The notes under the pieces were generated by a model. The model saw only the letters and a program-made list of their open reading frames with translations, made no database searches and was not told where the DNA came from. Both the position numbers and the translations under genes were made by a program. Shown in pieces: positions 11,670-25,600 of a DNA stretch of 64,000 bases. Position 1 is the stretch's first letter; each line of letters starts with the position of its first letter. This DNA comes from Octopus sinensis (lineage: Eukaryota): the NCBI RefSeq assembly GCF_006345805.1, contig NC_042999.1:128030001-128094000 (forward strand), in the 5' to 3' direction.

Positions 11670-12067
11670 CTAGCAGTATCGCCCGGCGTTGCTCGGGTTT
11701 GTAAGGGAAATAACTATATAAGCATTTTTAGAGATGTAAAGTATAATAGCCATCTCAATATGGTTAACCACAAAGGGGGGGGGGTGTTACTGTAGCTTTT
11801 TACGTTCTGAGATTTAATAATAAACTTTTAGAGAGTTACTTCCCTTATATATGCCAAAAATGCATTAAAAATGGGAAAAATTGATGGTAAATTTTTTTTT
11901 AATCGTAGACTCATCGTAGACGCGCGCTAATACCGAGAAAGGCTCGATATGAATCACGACTATAAGATACCCGGTTTTAGTTAAACTGCACCGCAAAATG
12001 TGGGAGTAGTTAGGAATCTAAATCGTAGGAGACAGACAGCACACAACCTTACTTTTATATATAAAGA
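11670..12067 (-). mobile_element. Non-autonomous Helitron (398 bp)
   Basis: Minus strand has an A|TC start, subterminal hairpin CCCGAGCAACGCCGGG and CTAG|T end, with no TSD. Homologous to 49078-49590. Confidence 0.85.
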
Positions 12068-12495
12068 TTTCTGTTTATTTAGAAACTTACAATCGCTAAA
12101 CACAGAAAATTTCTGTTTCGCCATAAGCTAAAAATACCGTTTTTTTTTCGATTTTTAAACCTCTGTAGCTCTTTTTCTCCATAACATCATACCTTCAAAG
12201 CAATGAGACTGGAAGGCTACATTATTATAGCCGATTTTCAGATTTTTTACTTCCTTTTAAAAAATGCATGTTTTGCGAATGAAAAAAAAGCAAAACAAAC
12301 TAGATCCGTTCAAGGGAGGGATTAAGTCGACCCGTGTTTAACAGGTACTTATTTTATCGATCGTGAAAGGATAAAGGCAAAGTCGAAATTTGTACTCAGA
12401 ACGTAACATTTGTTCTTTCGAGGCAAAGATAATTTCAATTAATGAAAAGCTGATCTTGTATGGTACTTCATATAACTTTATTGATCATTGTCTTC

Positions 12496-13232
12496 TTTTA
12501 CTTGTTTCAGTCATTTGACTGCGGCCTTGCTGGAGCACCGCCTTTAGTCGAACAAATCGACCCCAGGACTTATTCTTTGTAAGCCTAGTACTTATTCTAT
12601 CTGTCTCTTTTGCCGAACCGCTAACTTACGGGTACATAAACACATCAACATCGGTTGTCAAGTGATGGGTCGGGGGTGGGGGGAACAAACACAGACACAC
12701 AAACATATACGTACATATATGTATATATACGTACATATAAATAGATATATATGTATGTATATACACACACACACGTATATATAAAAGAATTTTTTGCGTA
12801 ATAAGATTAAAAAAAAACAAGGCTGTAGAGATATTAGAGCATCTATAAATGCTCTAATATCTATACAGCCTTGTTTTTTTTTTATCTTATGAGGCAAAAA
12901 ATTCTTATATACACACGCTGACATAGAACCAACGTTGAACCCTTTACTCGCAATATTACCGAATCTGGGACTATAGTCTGTCTATTGCACTTATTCAGCA
13001 TTACCCGACACTTTTTGGTCTCAATGACACCATTATAGTTGACACCTCAACTATATATATATATATATATGCGACGGGCTTCTTCTCAGTTTCCGCCTAC
13101 CAAATCCACTCACAAGGCTTTGGTCGGCCCGAGGCAATAGTAGAAGACATTTGCTCAAGGTACCATGCAGTGGGATTGAACCCGAAACCATATGGTTGGG
13201 AAGTAAATTTCTTATCATACAGCCACTCCTGA
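12496..13232 (-). mobile_element. Family-B SINE split by a ~280-bp insert at its microsatellite
   Basis: The 3' half is at 12496-12780 and the 5' half at about 13063-13232. The insert carries the 12779-12910 palindrome. Confidence 0.7.
12779..12910. repeat. Imperfect palindrome (arms about 62-64 bp, 6-nt loop CTATAA)
   Basis: ...AACAAGGCTGTAGAGATATTAGAGCAT ctataa ATGCTCTAATATCTATACAGCCTTGTT... Confidence 0.9.
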
Positions 13233-13294
13233 TCTTTTATCTTTTACTATATACTTATTTCAGTCGTTAGACTGTGGCCATGCATGGGATGAAA

Positions 13295-14085
13295 CAAATC
13301 AACATCGCCTTGACATTGGTTTCACTTGATGCAATTTTTGGGTGCGTGGTGACATTGAATGCTTCCATTGACTTGATTGCAGCTTTGTTTCCGGCTCGTA
13401 GTCAGCAGCACCTGCTTCTGTCACCAGTGAGGATCTTCGAAAATAGCTTCGGATCAACTTCCAACTGTTCTTTCAGTGTTCACGACACGTATTCAGTCGT
13501 AACTGTATTTGATCTTCTGTGAGCAAGTGAGGCACACATTTTGCTGTAACTCTTTTCATTCACAATTCCTTGCTCAAAATTTGTTTGGAGGAGCTTCAGG
13601 ACACACAAGTCATATCAACAACTTTGTCAATTGTTCGGCGACGGTCTTCTAAAATCAGTTCACGAATTTTCGTGATGTTTTCATTCGTCCGAGAGGTCGA
13701 CGGTTGCCCTGAACGAGGTTTGTCCTCAAGCGACAAGTGACTATTCTTAAAAAGTGTGAAAACCACTCGTAAACTTATTTTGCTTATGGCAGCGTTCTTT
13801 TCAGCTGTTTGAAGCATGAGAGCTGTTTCGGCCGCCGTTTTCCCCAGCTGAAAGCAAAATTTAACGGAAGCACGCTGTTCCTTCGTTTCAGCCATAGGCA
13901 AAAATCGACGAACAAGGGAGAAGCACGGCAAAACAAAGACGCATCATGTGGCACTACGACTACACCCGACGACACCGGTCGGCAGACTGATGCCTGAGGA
14001 TCGTATCAAGTGGCTTCTAGTAGCGGAGACTACAACGGCCTTATCCCACAGAAAACGTTTCCAGTTACTTTTGGGTACCCCCTTA
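13295..14085 (-). mobile_element. Mariner transposon (irritans-like), 3'-truncated, with pseudogenised transposase
   Basis: Start codon at 13895: MAETKEQRASVKFCFQLGKTAAET...EDKPRSGQPSTS...EDRRRTI. Downstream remnants read KILTGD...YEPETKLQSSQWKH. A 5' TIR (AGGGGGTACCCAAAAG) lies next to TA at 14084-14085. Confidence 0.85.
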
Positions 14086-14117
14086 CATACACACACACAC
14101 ACACACATTATATATAT

Positions 14118-14173
<56 letters not shown>

Positions 14174-14595
14174 CATCTGCATGCCATACTTAATGCAAAT
14201 ACATCGCTTAAAGGCAAATTTACTGCGTCATCCTAATATCTTATGAACATTGCAGACGAAAATCGCCCAACAGCAGTGATGAGAAAGTAAGATACGCAAT
14301 TCTACCACGATGGGCTTCTGTCAGTATCATCTACTTACTCTTTTAACCTGCGGCTTGCAGTGAGTACATGGTACAGACAAAGGCCAACGAGGCAGAAATG
14401 TGCATTTGGTATTCTCACCATTGCTGTTAGACGATTTCGTCTGTTACTGATATATTTGTTTTTAAACACGGTACGTCCATAAGAGATATCTTTAGATGAA
14501 TACCGTAGTTAACTTGCTTTTTTGCGATATATTTGCATGATTCACGAAATATGACAAATGGATATTCTAATTTAATAATGCTTTTGTTGCATATA

Positions 14596-14648
<53 letters not shown>

Positions 14649-16529
14649 CCAATCACATTAGAGAGGGGTGACAAAAACGTGAAAATAAAAATCCAATGAA
14701 GATAGAAATAAGTGAAGACATTTATTATGTATCAAATTATCGCTAAGCAATAATATCGGAGATTAAAGTGAACAGATATGGTGTGCTATATGAAATATAT
14801 AAATAAAAATAATATAGAGCTGAAATACTTTCTCCGCATTGAAAAACTTAAGCATGGCGATATATTGGTGATATTCTATTACGATAAAATCCATTGAATA
14901 ATAAAAGTAGTATGAGATGTTTTATTTCCTATAGAGTATAAGTAATACTTTTTTTTTAAACATCGATACAAGTGGCAGGAAACAGTCGATTGCATGGAAC
15001 TCAGTACTTGATTCTTATTATTGGCCACAGAATATGGTGAACTGACAAAATCGTTAGCACACCAGATAAAAATGCTTTGCGGTATTTGCGTCCATCTTTA
15101 CATTCTGAGTTCGAACTCCGCCGAGATCGATTTTGCCTTTCCGGGTCGATAAAATAAGTACCAGTTGAGCACTCGGTCAATTTAATCAACTTTTTCCTCC
15201 CTTAAAATATTGCTGGCCTTGTGCCGAAATTTGAAAACATTATTATTGGTCTGGGAAGAATGAAAGGCAAAGATAACCAAAGATATATGAACTAGCACAT
15301 AAAAGAAGAAGCCTCCAAAAGGTTTCTTGATTTGCCACCGAAAACATGGAAGGAAAATTGGACAAGATAGCATATAAAGACGAGATCAAAGCTGGATAGT
15401 AATGGAAAATGCTTTTAGAAACTAGAAGTACGCTTCTAACCTTGAAGGCTTAGGTTTAGAAGAATCTTCATCTCGCCATGAGCTGAAAAGTAGAGGAACG
15501 CCGTCTCTTGTCTATCCACTCTTGTTTCCAACACCGAGGTTGGAATGCTTTTGATCATAGACTAAACCAGATATTAGTAGATATTTTTTAATTACAACCT
15601 ACTACATTCTTAAATAATTCAACATTGGTATTTATGATTATTACTAACATAATAAAAACGACAGTAATTCATAGTTTCCAAAGCTTTATGTGCGCACACA
15701 CACACAAAATCCACAGGCACCAAGGTAAAACAAAACTGAAACTAGAAATATATAATTATAATGAATAAAATATGAGAACTTTTCTTTCTAGTGGGTATAT
15801 AAATCGCATAACTGTTGTCAGTCACAATGTTTTTGAAGGTAAGACGGCGCCGTAGAATGTAGAGATAAGCCCTCGAAAATCTAAATCTACGATTTACGTT
15901 CGGAATCACCTTAGTTTATGTAAGCTTATAATGCACATAGGAAAGGTATGTACATCATTTCCGTCGCCTAGAAAAGAGAGAGAAAAAATAAACAAACGAA
16001 CAAACAATAACACGAGTATTATGGAGTAGACGGTAGCTCGTAGCCCTCCCAGATCACAACAGCTTTGATTTCCCGTAAGAATCGCTTCAATTTTATCCAC
16101 AAAGCTTTAGCTTGTAAAAACGCATCATTGTCAAAACTTAATTTTCCACCTTTAAAAATAAATGCCATGTTTCATTCATATGAAATAAACAAGATATATA
16201 AAAAGCTGTTAAAATATTAAGAAAAAAATCAACAGATGATAGAACAAGACGACGAAGAAAAAGAATCACAAACTGTTAATGATAGTGAAGAAAAGACAAA
16301 AAAAAAAAACCCAACAACAAACAAATGCACGAGAAGCAAATAGAGCTGTTGTAACATTTACAAGTTGAAATGTCTAACTGTGCGAGAAACTAAATAGTCT
16401 TGGTTGATACAAACCACCAACCAACGCTGACGAAGCGTGCCGCACGCATACTTCGCGAGCTCTCGTCCAGCTGATCAATAATCAATTTGTTGTAGCTTAT
16501 GTGCTTGCCTCTGCTGCTGCTGGATAGAG

Positions 16530-16765
16530 CTCTGTTTCTTTCTCTCTCTCTTTCTCTCTCCCCTTCCCTGTCTTCTGCCCACTCTCTTTTCTTCTCTCTC
16601 TCACCCACCCTCTCTCTTTCCCATTACCTCTCTCCTGCGCTCTAACTCTCTTTTTCCCCTTCTCTCCCTTTGCCTCTCCTCCGCTCTCTTTTCTACATTC
16701 CCTCTCTCTCTATCCCCCACGCACTCGTTCTCTCTCTCTCTCTCTCTCTCTCACTTTCTCTCTCA
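16530..16765 (+). repeat. CT-rich polypyrimidine tract upstream of ELAPOR exon 1
   Basis: About 235 bp of almost pure C/T including (CT)n, 0.5-0.7 kb upstream of the ATG. A promoter role is inference only. Confidence 0.7.
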
Positions 16766-17267
16766 CATGTTCAGCTAGAATTAGTAGTGACTGCAATAGA
16801 AATGAGATAGATCTTCTTCCTTCGAACGACATTTACTGTGGTAACGAATAGCAGTGGAAAACAAGAAAAAATATCACAACACAACAGAAAAGAGAAAGAG
16901 CAAAGGATTTTAGCAGTTGTTGCAATTACTGTTGCTATTTGTTTTAACATTTCATTTATGATATTCTATTACAGTTAATATGCGTGGCTTTTTGAAGACT
17001 GAACGTAGTTCTCAAGCTACTACGGCGTTACCGCAAAACATTCCTACATAAAAAAAAAAAGAAAAACAAGACAAGAAACATCACACTCTATCTATCTATA
17101 CATAATCACACTGACTTGAGGACGTGTTTCGGGCAAAAATACAATTAAAAAAAAAAAAAAACTGGCAGGGAAAGGAATTATTATTAGTATTAATAATAAG
17201 AAGCTCCCGTGTGCAAGGTGCCTTCATTGATCTCACCAACACCAGTGAACTAAAAACAATTTCCAAT

Positions 17268-17606
17268 ATGGTGTCATCATCATCATCAAAACCTGCATCA
17301 TCATCATCATCATCATCATCATCGTCGTCATCATCATCACCATCGTCATCGTCATTATTATTATCACAATCATCATCGTCATCATCATTACCGTCATCAT
17401 TAATATCATCACAATCATTAGCAAAATCAGAAGCAACAGCAGCCTCATTATCGTCGTCTGTGATTGTATTTTCGGCAGTAACCAGTCATCCGAATCGCCT
17501 GAGGAATTTGTTATTGTTTTGCACGCTTTTTTTCCTTTTCTATGCTGAAGGTCCTTGGTCCAGGCGTCTGTCAGCCTGGGCGAGCAGTTTGCCGGAATGT
17601 CGGCCG
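17268..17606 (+). CDS. ELAPOR: ELAPOR (KIAA1324/UPF0577-family) coding exon 1: Ser-rich N-terminus followed by a signal-peptide-like hydrophobic segment
   Basis: This is the only in-frame ATG (context caatATGg). 113 codons read MVSSSSSKPA...RLRNLLLFCTLFFLFYAEGPWSRRLSAWASSLPECRP and end at the donor CCG|GTAAGT (phase 0). Joined to exon 2 it gives LPECRP-EDFHYEYTECD, matching the family motif seen in human ELAPOR1 as LHACKESEYHYEYTACD (from memory). Confidence 0.85.
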
Positions 17607-17733
17607 GTAAGTACAAAACCTTGTCAACTCTTGCTTATCTTCATTCATTCATCGCTTCACTGTTACAACGACGACAATTTTAGTAGGTGAGTCGGATTTG
17701 GTTGTCGTTGGCTGGTGTACTACAATTTATTCA

Positions 17734-17831
<98 letters not shown>

Positions 17832-18025
17832 ATATATATATACATACATACACACTCACACACGTGTACGCGCTTGTATGGCACGCGCACACACACATAT
17901 ATTCAGATTTACATTAATATACAGGCTGTATACAAATAGTTCATACGGTGGTGCTCCATCATGACCGCAGCCCGCTGGCTGAAACGAGTAAAACAGTAAC
18001 TTAGAGCATGCATACACACACACAC

Positions 18026-18074
<49 letters not shown>

Positions 18075-19190
18075 GTGTTTTCTATATAATTCCACATGCT
18101 TGCACAAACACACACATATATGCTCTGAAAAGTTCACGCTTAAATTAAACTCTTTGTCGACAGATTATCTGTTTCACACGAACGATTTACTTACAACTGT
18201 TACGCACACACATACATTCACACACATCTTGTACACAGACGCTCTCAACTATACAAATCCTGGACAATAAATTTACAATTTTATTCCCCTCGTAAGCTCA
18301 CGCTTGCAATTATTTAACTTCCTTGTACACACACACACACACACATATATATATCTGTGTGTATGCGTGTATAAAATGATTTCGTTCAGGCATAGTGATA
18401 CTAATAACCAGTTATCAGAACTTATATGCCCATATATAAAATCATTTATCTATCTCTAAGATATGTATATATGCGCGCGCGTGTGTGTATATTATCTATT
18501 ATATATTGCCAGGTGATAAATACACATCAATAAAAAAAAAAACAAAAACAAATAATTAATACACACACACACATCACATATATATATATATACTTGCCTA
18601 CAGATCAATGTTTATATTGATATATGCAGCAGAATCTTTCTACACCTTCAAGCAATACTAATTGCTGAGAGACATCCCTCTATCAACAGGAGTATATCAA
18701 TGTCGTTCGTCTCTGTTATGTGTGGGTGTTTAAGTCTTTCTCTTCTATCCTCTTCTGTCGCAGGCTGTGTTGATGTTGTTTAACGGCAGATCATCTCTGA
18801 TCGAACAGAAATATTCCAGCTGCAACCCTGCCGTCTTTTTTTTTTTGTTTTGTATATGATTATATGATCATATTGTGCAATGTGTCGTTGCTATGATTAT
18901 TATTTATCAAGACGGCAGGGTGTGATTGGAGAGAAAATTGACTGTTATTTCTAGCATGTTGTACGACTGCTTAGTGGTTTTTCTCTTTGGCGATTCGTTT
19001 CGGGTCGTATTTATGTAGTGGCATGTTGGTGGTCGGTATCATCAGCTTATCCCGCACTATGAATTAGGATCACTCACTCGCGCGCGCACACACACACATA
19101 CACACACACTTTAATGACATTTATAATAGTTTATCCACCATCTCTGTGATGAGTTACTAACATGTTTGTATAAGCTGTCATATCCTGTAT

Positions 19191-19235
<45 letters not shown>

Positions 19236-21189
19236 CAAGTATACAGGATAGATGTTAGTTTTTAGTAGGTAATATCTAAAGAACTTTTTAAAAATGTGTT
19301 AGTAAATTTTATTCGTCACCAACATAGTATGTCGTCATCTGTCATTTTAAATCCAGATAACGGGGTGGCAGTACTAAGCAGGGATGTGTATAAAAACAAG
19401 GTTATTACCAGTTCAGATATGCTTGGTACATATTCGAACCCGTAAGACATCCAGTGAATGGCTTTTTTTATTTGAACTGATAAATAACCATGTATTTAAA
19501 CTTAGAAGTTCGGAATAGATGTCCCATATCTCATGAGAAAGGAAAAGCTTACGGAGGTGGGAAAGCAATAATGCAAGGAAACAAAATTGAAGGATTTTGG
19601 GTGGGAATGGAAAGAACTGTCTCCAGAATCATACTGTTGTATGAAGCACATAAATACAGAAGATAGAAAAAGGTGGGGAAAAAGGGAAAAAAATCCTTTC
19701 TGATGGATGCAAGAGAATTTAGCTGCTGTTACCAGCTAACGGTTTCAGTTCTCCATTTAGAATTATATTTACCAACGTTGCCTACAAGATTCGGAAAGGT
19801 ATAACTGCTATAACTTCCATTTCTTCTTCTACGTGCAATATGATGTTTTATTGTGCATGTAAGAAAGAAATTGTGTGCATCTATCGAGTGAATTTATTAT
19901 TGGACTCGGGAGTACTTGATGTCTAATTGCATAGTGTACAAAAAGAAAAGCAAAAAAAAAAACAAACACAGGTATACGGTTTAATATGTGTGTGTATATC
20001 TATATTGTACACACACACATACTTATCTGCAATTCATTAGAATTTATTGTAAATGCTCTTATAATAATTTTCATATTTTAACATTCAAAGTGAGAAGGCA
20101 GCACCCTTTGTACTAAGTTAGGGCACACCAACCTATTCTGACACTACATATGTAGCGATATGGTAACAAACGAATAGTCCAGTATAGATGAAGGGATGTA
20201 TACATGGCAGAGAGAGAGAAGCTTAACATTATTTCGAGTTGTGTTGCTTGATTGTATTCTGTTAGGTTTTCTTCAAATCAGTTTACTGGTTAACTGTTGA
20301 TTCAGCAGTATTTCATGTTCTCAATACTTCACATAAATCTTGTACACTGCCAAACAAGCGTACAACATTTACCTAACCCTATGTTACTTGCTCAGTTCAC
20401 GTGTCAAGACGTGAGATGTCCGTAAGTTAGTTATTTGATTCTATCGTGTATGGGATTCGTGCCTGATCATCAATTCATTACGAGTGTCATCGTCACTGTC
20501 ATTATTTGTAGAAAGTCGAGGGAGGTAGTGAAAGAATGGTTAGAGAGACCCTTATCGAGCTGTGTTAGAATGCCGTTAGGACCAACTTTGTCCTTCATCC
20601 TTCCCAGTTCGATAAAATATAGTAACCTGAAAAGTGCTTATAGCTTACGCAATCCCCTTTAGAGTTTGAGGTAACTTTATAGAACTAAAAAGGTTAGCAA
20701 TGCCTTTTCCTGATTTATGTACCGTTACAATTGGTTTACTCAGGGGTGTATGATTGCTCCCACTTTATTTCTTATTAAACTTTACCTGTCCAAGGAATTG
20801 TCATAAGTTTGTCCTAAACGTTCATGCTTATTTTCAGACATTTAGTTAGCCCTTGTTTCATACGTTCTGATTAATATAAAACCTTCTTTTCATTATTCTC
20901 AAGTACTTAGTGGTTTAAAACAAAATAGGAATGTGTGTCATATTTGATGCATGGACACCGGGGAAATACGTCCCGTATCTCAAACGTGATACACAGGAAA
21001 GGCAAAAGGGTTAATGACGTTAGTAATACCCTTCTTGGCCCTGATACAATGCTTTCGTCCAGCACTAACTGGAAAGGGTTAATCTGTGTTGACGCTTTCG
21101 CTTCCTCTACTGGGGCTCTCGCACTGAAACAGAACTATGGCTTACAGCGTCTAACAGATTGCACATGTACTTATTCCATCAAAACCGTT

Positions 21190-21460
21190 GGTTTATCCTT
21201 TTCTAAATCAAGTAGAATGCAATCAAACGAATTTTGGGTCGTCCGACTTTTGCAAATAAACACAAAACTCCTGGGATTTTGGCTAACTACTGCTCTCAGA
21301 TTTAACCACCAAGTTGATCATATATGTAAGATGGTTTCATCTCGCCTGTTTTTGCTACGACTACGATATTACCTGCCTGATGAAACTGAGCTTTATAAAT
21401 ATACAACAGCTTTATTCTCTCTCGCTCTTAGTATGCTCCATTAGCTTGAGGTATGCCTTG
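21190..21460 (+). mobile_element. L2/CR1-type LINE fragment (post-RT region)
   Basis: KLLGFWLTTALRFNHQVDHICKMVSSRLFLLRLR, then after a frameshift IYNSFILSR, resembles KxLGxxxxxxLxxxxHIxxxxxKxxxRLxxLRRL...IYxSxIxS. Confidence 0.55.
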
Positions 21461-22229
21461 AATTATTCTTAAAATTCACCAGGAATGTTACATTCCACGG
21501 AGCAGGAATGCAGTTTAGAACCAAAAAGCTACGCGACATATCCACCTTCCGCGAAGAGAGAAAACTTATTCAACTGTAAATTTATCTCAAGAAGATTGCC
21601 TTGAACTCCCTTATATCTGCTGATTTGAATATATTTTCTTATTTCACGGACGATGGATGATAAGTCGCCGCTGCTTACTGGTTTTGAACTGCTCAGCTCA
21701 TTCCTGCACTGTGAAATGTAACACATCTGATGAATTTTAAGAAAAATTAAAGACACTTCCATTAAAATTCTAGCTTTCTAGTGTTATTTGTAGTATTATT
21801 TTATGTGTACTGTGTACCAGCTGTCTTTGAGTATGGTTGTTTTTTTTTATGTAGACATTCACCTTCCTCCAAATTTGTGGTCCTGCTTTACTGTTAGAAA
21901 TTATTATGATGGCAGCATATGACAATCAGAAAAGCGTCGGACAAAATACTTTGCTGTAGTGTTTCTTCCCGTGCTTCATCTTTCATGTTCAAATCCAATG
22001 GAGGTTAATTTTACCATTCTTGCTTCAGAAATTGATTAATAAAATACCATTGAAGTCGACTGTTTTACTTTCCCCAAATCTTTGCCGCGTGCCTATTTTA
22101 GAAATTATTATTATTATTATTATTGAAGGCATACAAGATGGTAACAGGAGCATCATTAACTAGGACAAGTCAGTTGGCTTGTAAACTGACAATTGGAGAT
22201 GCAAGTTTACGTCGACCAGTATCGTGCCT

Positions 22230-22620
22230 TGTTGGATCCATAGTCATGTTAAAATAATTGAGACCTAGTTCAAGCGAAACCTCCAGATCGATAGGAGCCG
22301 GAACGAAATAATTTACAAGGTAGACAGTCGCATCCAGAAATAAACTGAGAAGAAGTTGTCCATGAAAAGAAATAAACTGAGAAGCTGTCCATGGGTTGAA
22401 ATGGTGAACGTATACATCGCTTCCATCATTTATTACCATCTGACTGTCGTGCCTGTTCCCGATTTTCATCTGACCAGAATGGAAGGTCTGCCCCTAGGCC
22501 CTCTTATATAAAGAAGGCCGTTCCAATGACCAAAAAGCTCATCTGCTGCTAACGTCTTCTGCACGGATAGCTCGATAAACTGTGATCGATTATGTGCGGG
22601 CATGTACCGTGGTAAAGTCA
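22230..22620 (+). mobile_element. L1/Tx1-like LINE fragment (degraded)
   Basis: Broken frames read EMVNVYIASIIYYHLTVVPVPDFHLTRME and KAVPMTKKLICC*RLLHG*L, resembling the Tx1 region that ends in GGLG. Confidence 0.45.
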
Positions 22621-25600
22621 TCTGCTGAGATTCTTGGACAATCAGGAGGAGTGTTTGCCAATTGTCAGACTCGTTCTCCCACAGTTCAACTCTTTCACTG
22701 AGTTACAGCCCTGGGTCTTGTAGTTATCAAGAACACTGGATGTCTGGTATCTGGAATGTTGTCACACACTCACATTTGTCTGCTATTCAGGTAGTACAGT
22801 CGGTGGTGTACCAACCATTGAAGATTGACAGTGGGTAAGAGCGGTGACATGATGATCAACCTAGAACTTTCTGGTTGAGAACTATGGACTACTTCTAGTA
22901 ATCACTGGTCTAGCGATACGCACGAGGATAGTGGAGAATTAGTAATTTGGAACAAACCCTACGGATCCAGTAACACTGTCAGCCGGGCCTGTCCAACATA
23001 TGCGCAGAGCAACGAACCTTTCTGCATGCATTCTTCCAAATGTTGCTGAATTGTGAAAATATGTTAAACAACTGTTGTCTTATATGAGACGGATCTAAAT
23101 ATCAGCCAAATTCACCGTGAAGATCATCCAAACACCTTTGTTTTGGAAAGGCCGACAGTTTTGTCTACTTGAAAAGAGTGAAGTCAAACACTTTTCTTTT
23201 CGTTGAAGTTCCACTTGGAGAGAAAGGTAACATTGAAGAGAGAGAGAGAGAGAGAGAGAGAGGAGCTGATTTCCAGGGAATTTGTAGAAACGTAGGTGAG
23301 AATGGTGTGGAGGGAGCTACTATCAGTGTATCTGCAACTTATTTCTCATTGTGGTTTCTTGATTAGTATAGGTATCTGCATTGGAATATCTCATTCCATG
23401 CCTGTTTTCCTTTTCCTAATCGATTCCATACAAACTCCAACGTTCTTTCGTAATTTATTCCTGTAGTGTCTCTTCATCGCTCTTGAAGTAAATTTTAATT
23501 TTTATTGGATTTGGCAGAATCGTTAGACAAAGTGCTTTGTGATATTTCTTGGCCCTTTAAATTCTGAGTTCAAACCTCGTCGAGGTCAAATTTACCTTTC
23601 ATCCACCCGGGACCGATAAAATAAAGTCTCCTAATTTCGAATTTTATGACTTGTGCTACCCGTCTGATAAGGGTGCACCAGGCACATGCACCACAACCAT
23701 TTGTGCTCGACATGATGATCTCATATCAAGATAAACAGCACATGACCTTGCAGATGGGACCCAGTTAAAATTTCAGATCGAGTAGCCCATCCCACTCAAA
23801 AGGTCCCTGAATAAGGGTTGTTTAAGGATGTTGAACAAAACACCCATGTTTCCAGAGATGAATTATTCAAATCTCAAAGACATCCTCTCAACACATAGCT
23901 ATGATGCTTCCCCTCTACTTCTGCTCGTGATATGAAATGCACTTATCATCAGCCAGTAGGGGACATGCTCAACTGGTTAAGGTCAAACAACTGACAAACA
24001 AATCTGTGGTATTGAGCAGAATATTTGCTGTAGCTCATCTTTTATACCAAGACAAAACAATGTACATGATAACACTTTCAATCAGTTAAGATCAAAAGCC
24101 ATGACAGCCAATTATTATTAAGATGGTGAGCTGGCAAATTCCGCAGCGGCATTTCGTCCGTCTTCACGTTCTGTGTTCAAATTTCGGGGTTGATAAAATA
24201 AGTACCAGCAGAGCACTGAGGTCGATATATTTGACATACCTCTCCCCCGAAATTGCTAGTCTTGTACCAAAATTTGAAACCATTATTACATGGCATATTA
24301 TTGGAATCTTTAGAGTGTCCGGAAAAAGAAAACAAAAAACGTTTTGCAGTATTTGTTCTGGCTCTTTACATTGATTTCAGATCTCAACAAGGTCGACTTT
24401 GCCTTTCCACCTTTCGGGGCCGATAAAATAAGTACCAGTTGAGCACTAGGGTCGATGTGATCGACTAGCCTCCTCTCACTTCCAAATTTCAGGCCTTGTG
24501 CCTATAGAAGAAAGAAATATTTTCATCATCAATAACAACGAAGTAAATCTTTATGTAATTGTTATATCTGCTTGAAGTAGTTGTTAAATCTCCTTCACGT
24601 TACACACCATTCAGTCTTTAAAAAATAGATACGTTGAGCCTGAAAAAGAGACTGGAATTTTAGTTTTGGAAGCATTTTATAATAGGCTTTCATCATCAAT
24701 GATGAACTGTGTCTAAACAATATAAACATTATCAAGCTTCAGTTTTGTATATTCGCCGTGAACCTAGTGCTTGAACTCTGTTTCAGTTGTCTGCTGGATA
24801 TTTAACGCCTGTCTTCACTCATCTCCATTCTTCCCCACTCGCTATTATTATAAGGTTTCAAAACTAATAAATATTAAAGGATTATTGTTGCAATTGCCAA
24901 AGCAATCGACACCACTAACCATCACTGCTGTCATCATTGTCGATACGTCTTATTATTTTACTACGGTGACATTTGCAGCAGTTCTGCAATAGTTAGTTTT
25001 ATGGTTGGGCTTGTCGCAATTATTTGCAACTTGATATGTTTTCTCTGTGAAACGACACCCACATTTCCCCTAAAGGTGTATTATTATTATTGTTATTATT
25101 ATTCGTCCAGTCAAGCTTTTCTCGTAATTCTAGTTACAGAATATTTTCTTTGCCTGTCATTGACAACTATTCATACTAAGGTTTCATTTAATCAACTTGT
25201 ATTTTTCTCTCTTTTTTTTTGTGTGCATAAGTTATTGCTGAGGAAGATTGTCATCGTTGGCTACTATTAGTGATAATGAATGAGGTGCCTACTCTGTGTC
25301 CGTCTATGATCCTATGTATTTATCTTTTTTTTTTATGAGCATGCGTATGTCAACATTTTATATCTGCAATTTATATCAGTAATCATCATCATCGTTTAAC
25401 GTCCGTCTTCTGTGCATGCATGGCTATTATGTATTCAAATATTTACGTGAAATGTATGCTTGTTATAGGAGGTGACAAGTTCAAAAGAAGCGTTGTCTGG
25501 CTTCTTAGAATTAAGACCTCAAAAATAATTCTGATAGTGAATAAAATATTTGATCCATAATCGAAGAGCCATAGGGAAAACAATATATTTTGTCGCATTA

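Noticed and set aside
12955-13010. Minus-strand CUGAAUA...GACUAUAGUC as a decayed hammerhead
   Set aside because: Both core boxes are broken and stem I is out of register.
17124-17267. 5' extension of the 188-aa ORF from a GTG start
   Set aside because: It is a non-ATG start running through a poly-A tract and is treated as 5' UTR. The ORF portion after 17606 is intronic.
21720-21760. Other CUGAUGA occurrences (21726, 32022 minus, 48853, 28796)
   Set aside because: None has a properly placed GAAA-stem III-NUH with a complementary stem I.
23660-24110. Segment resembling a dispersed octopus repeat
   Set aside because: It occurs once in this window and has no internal hallmark; recognition rests on memory alone.
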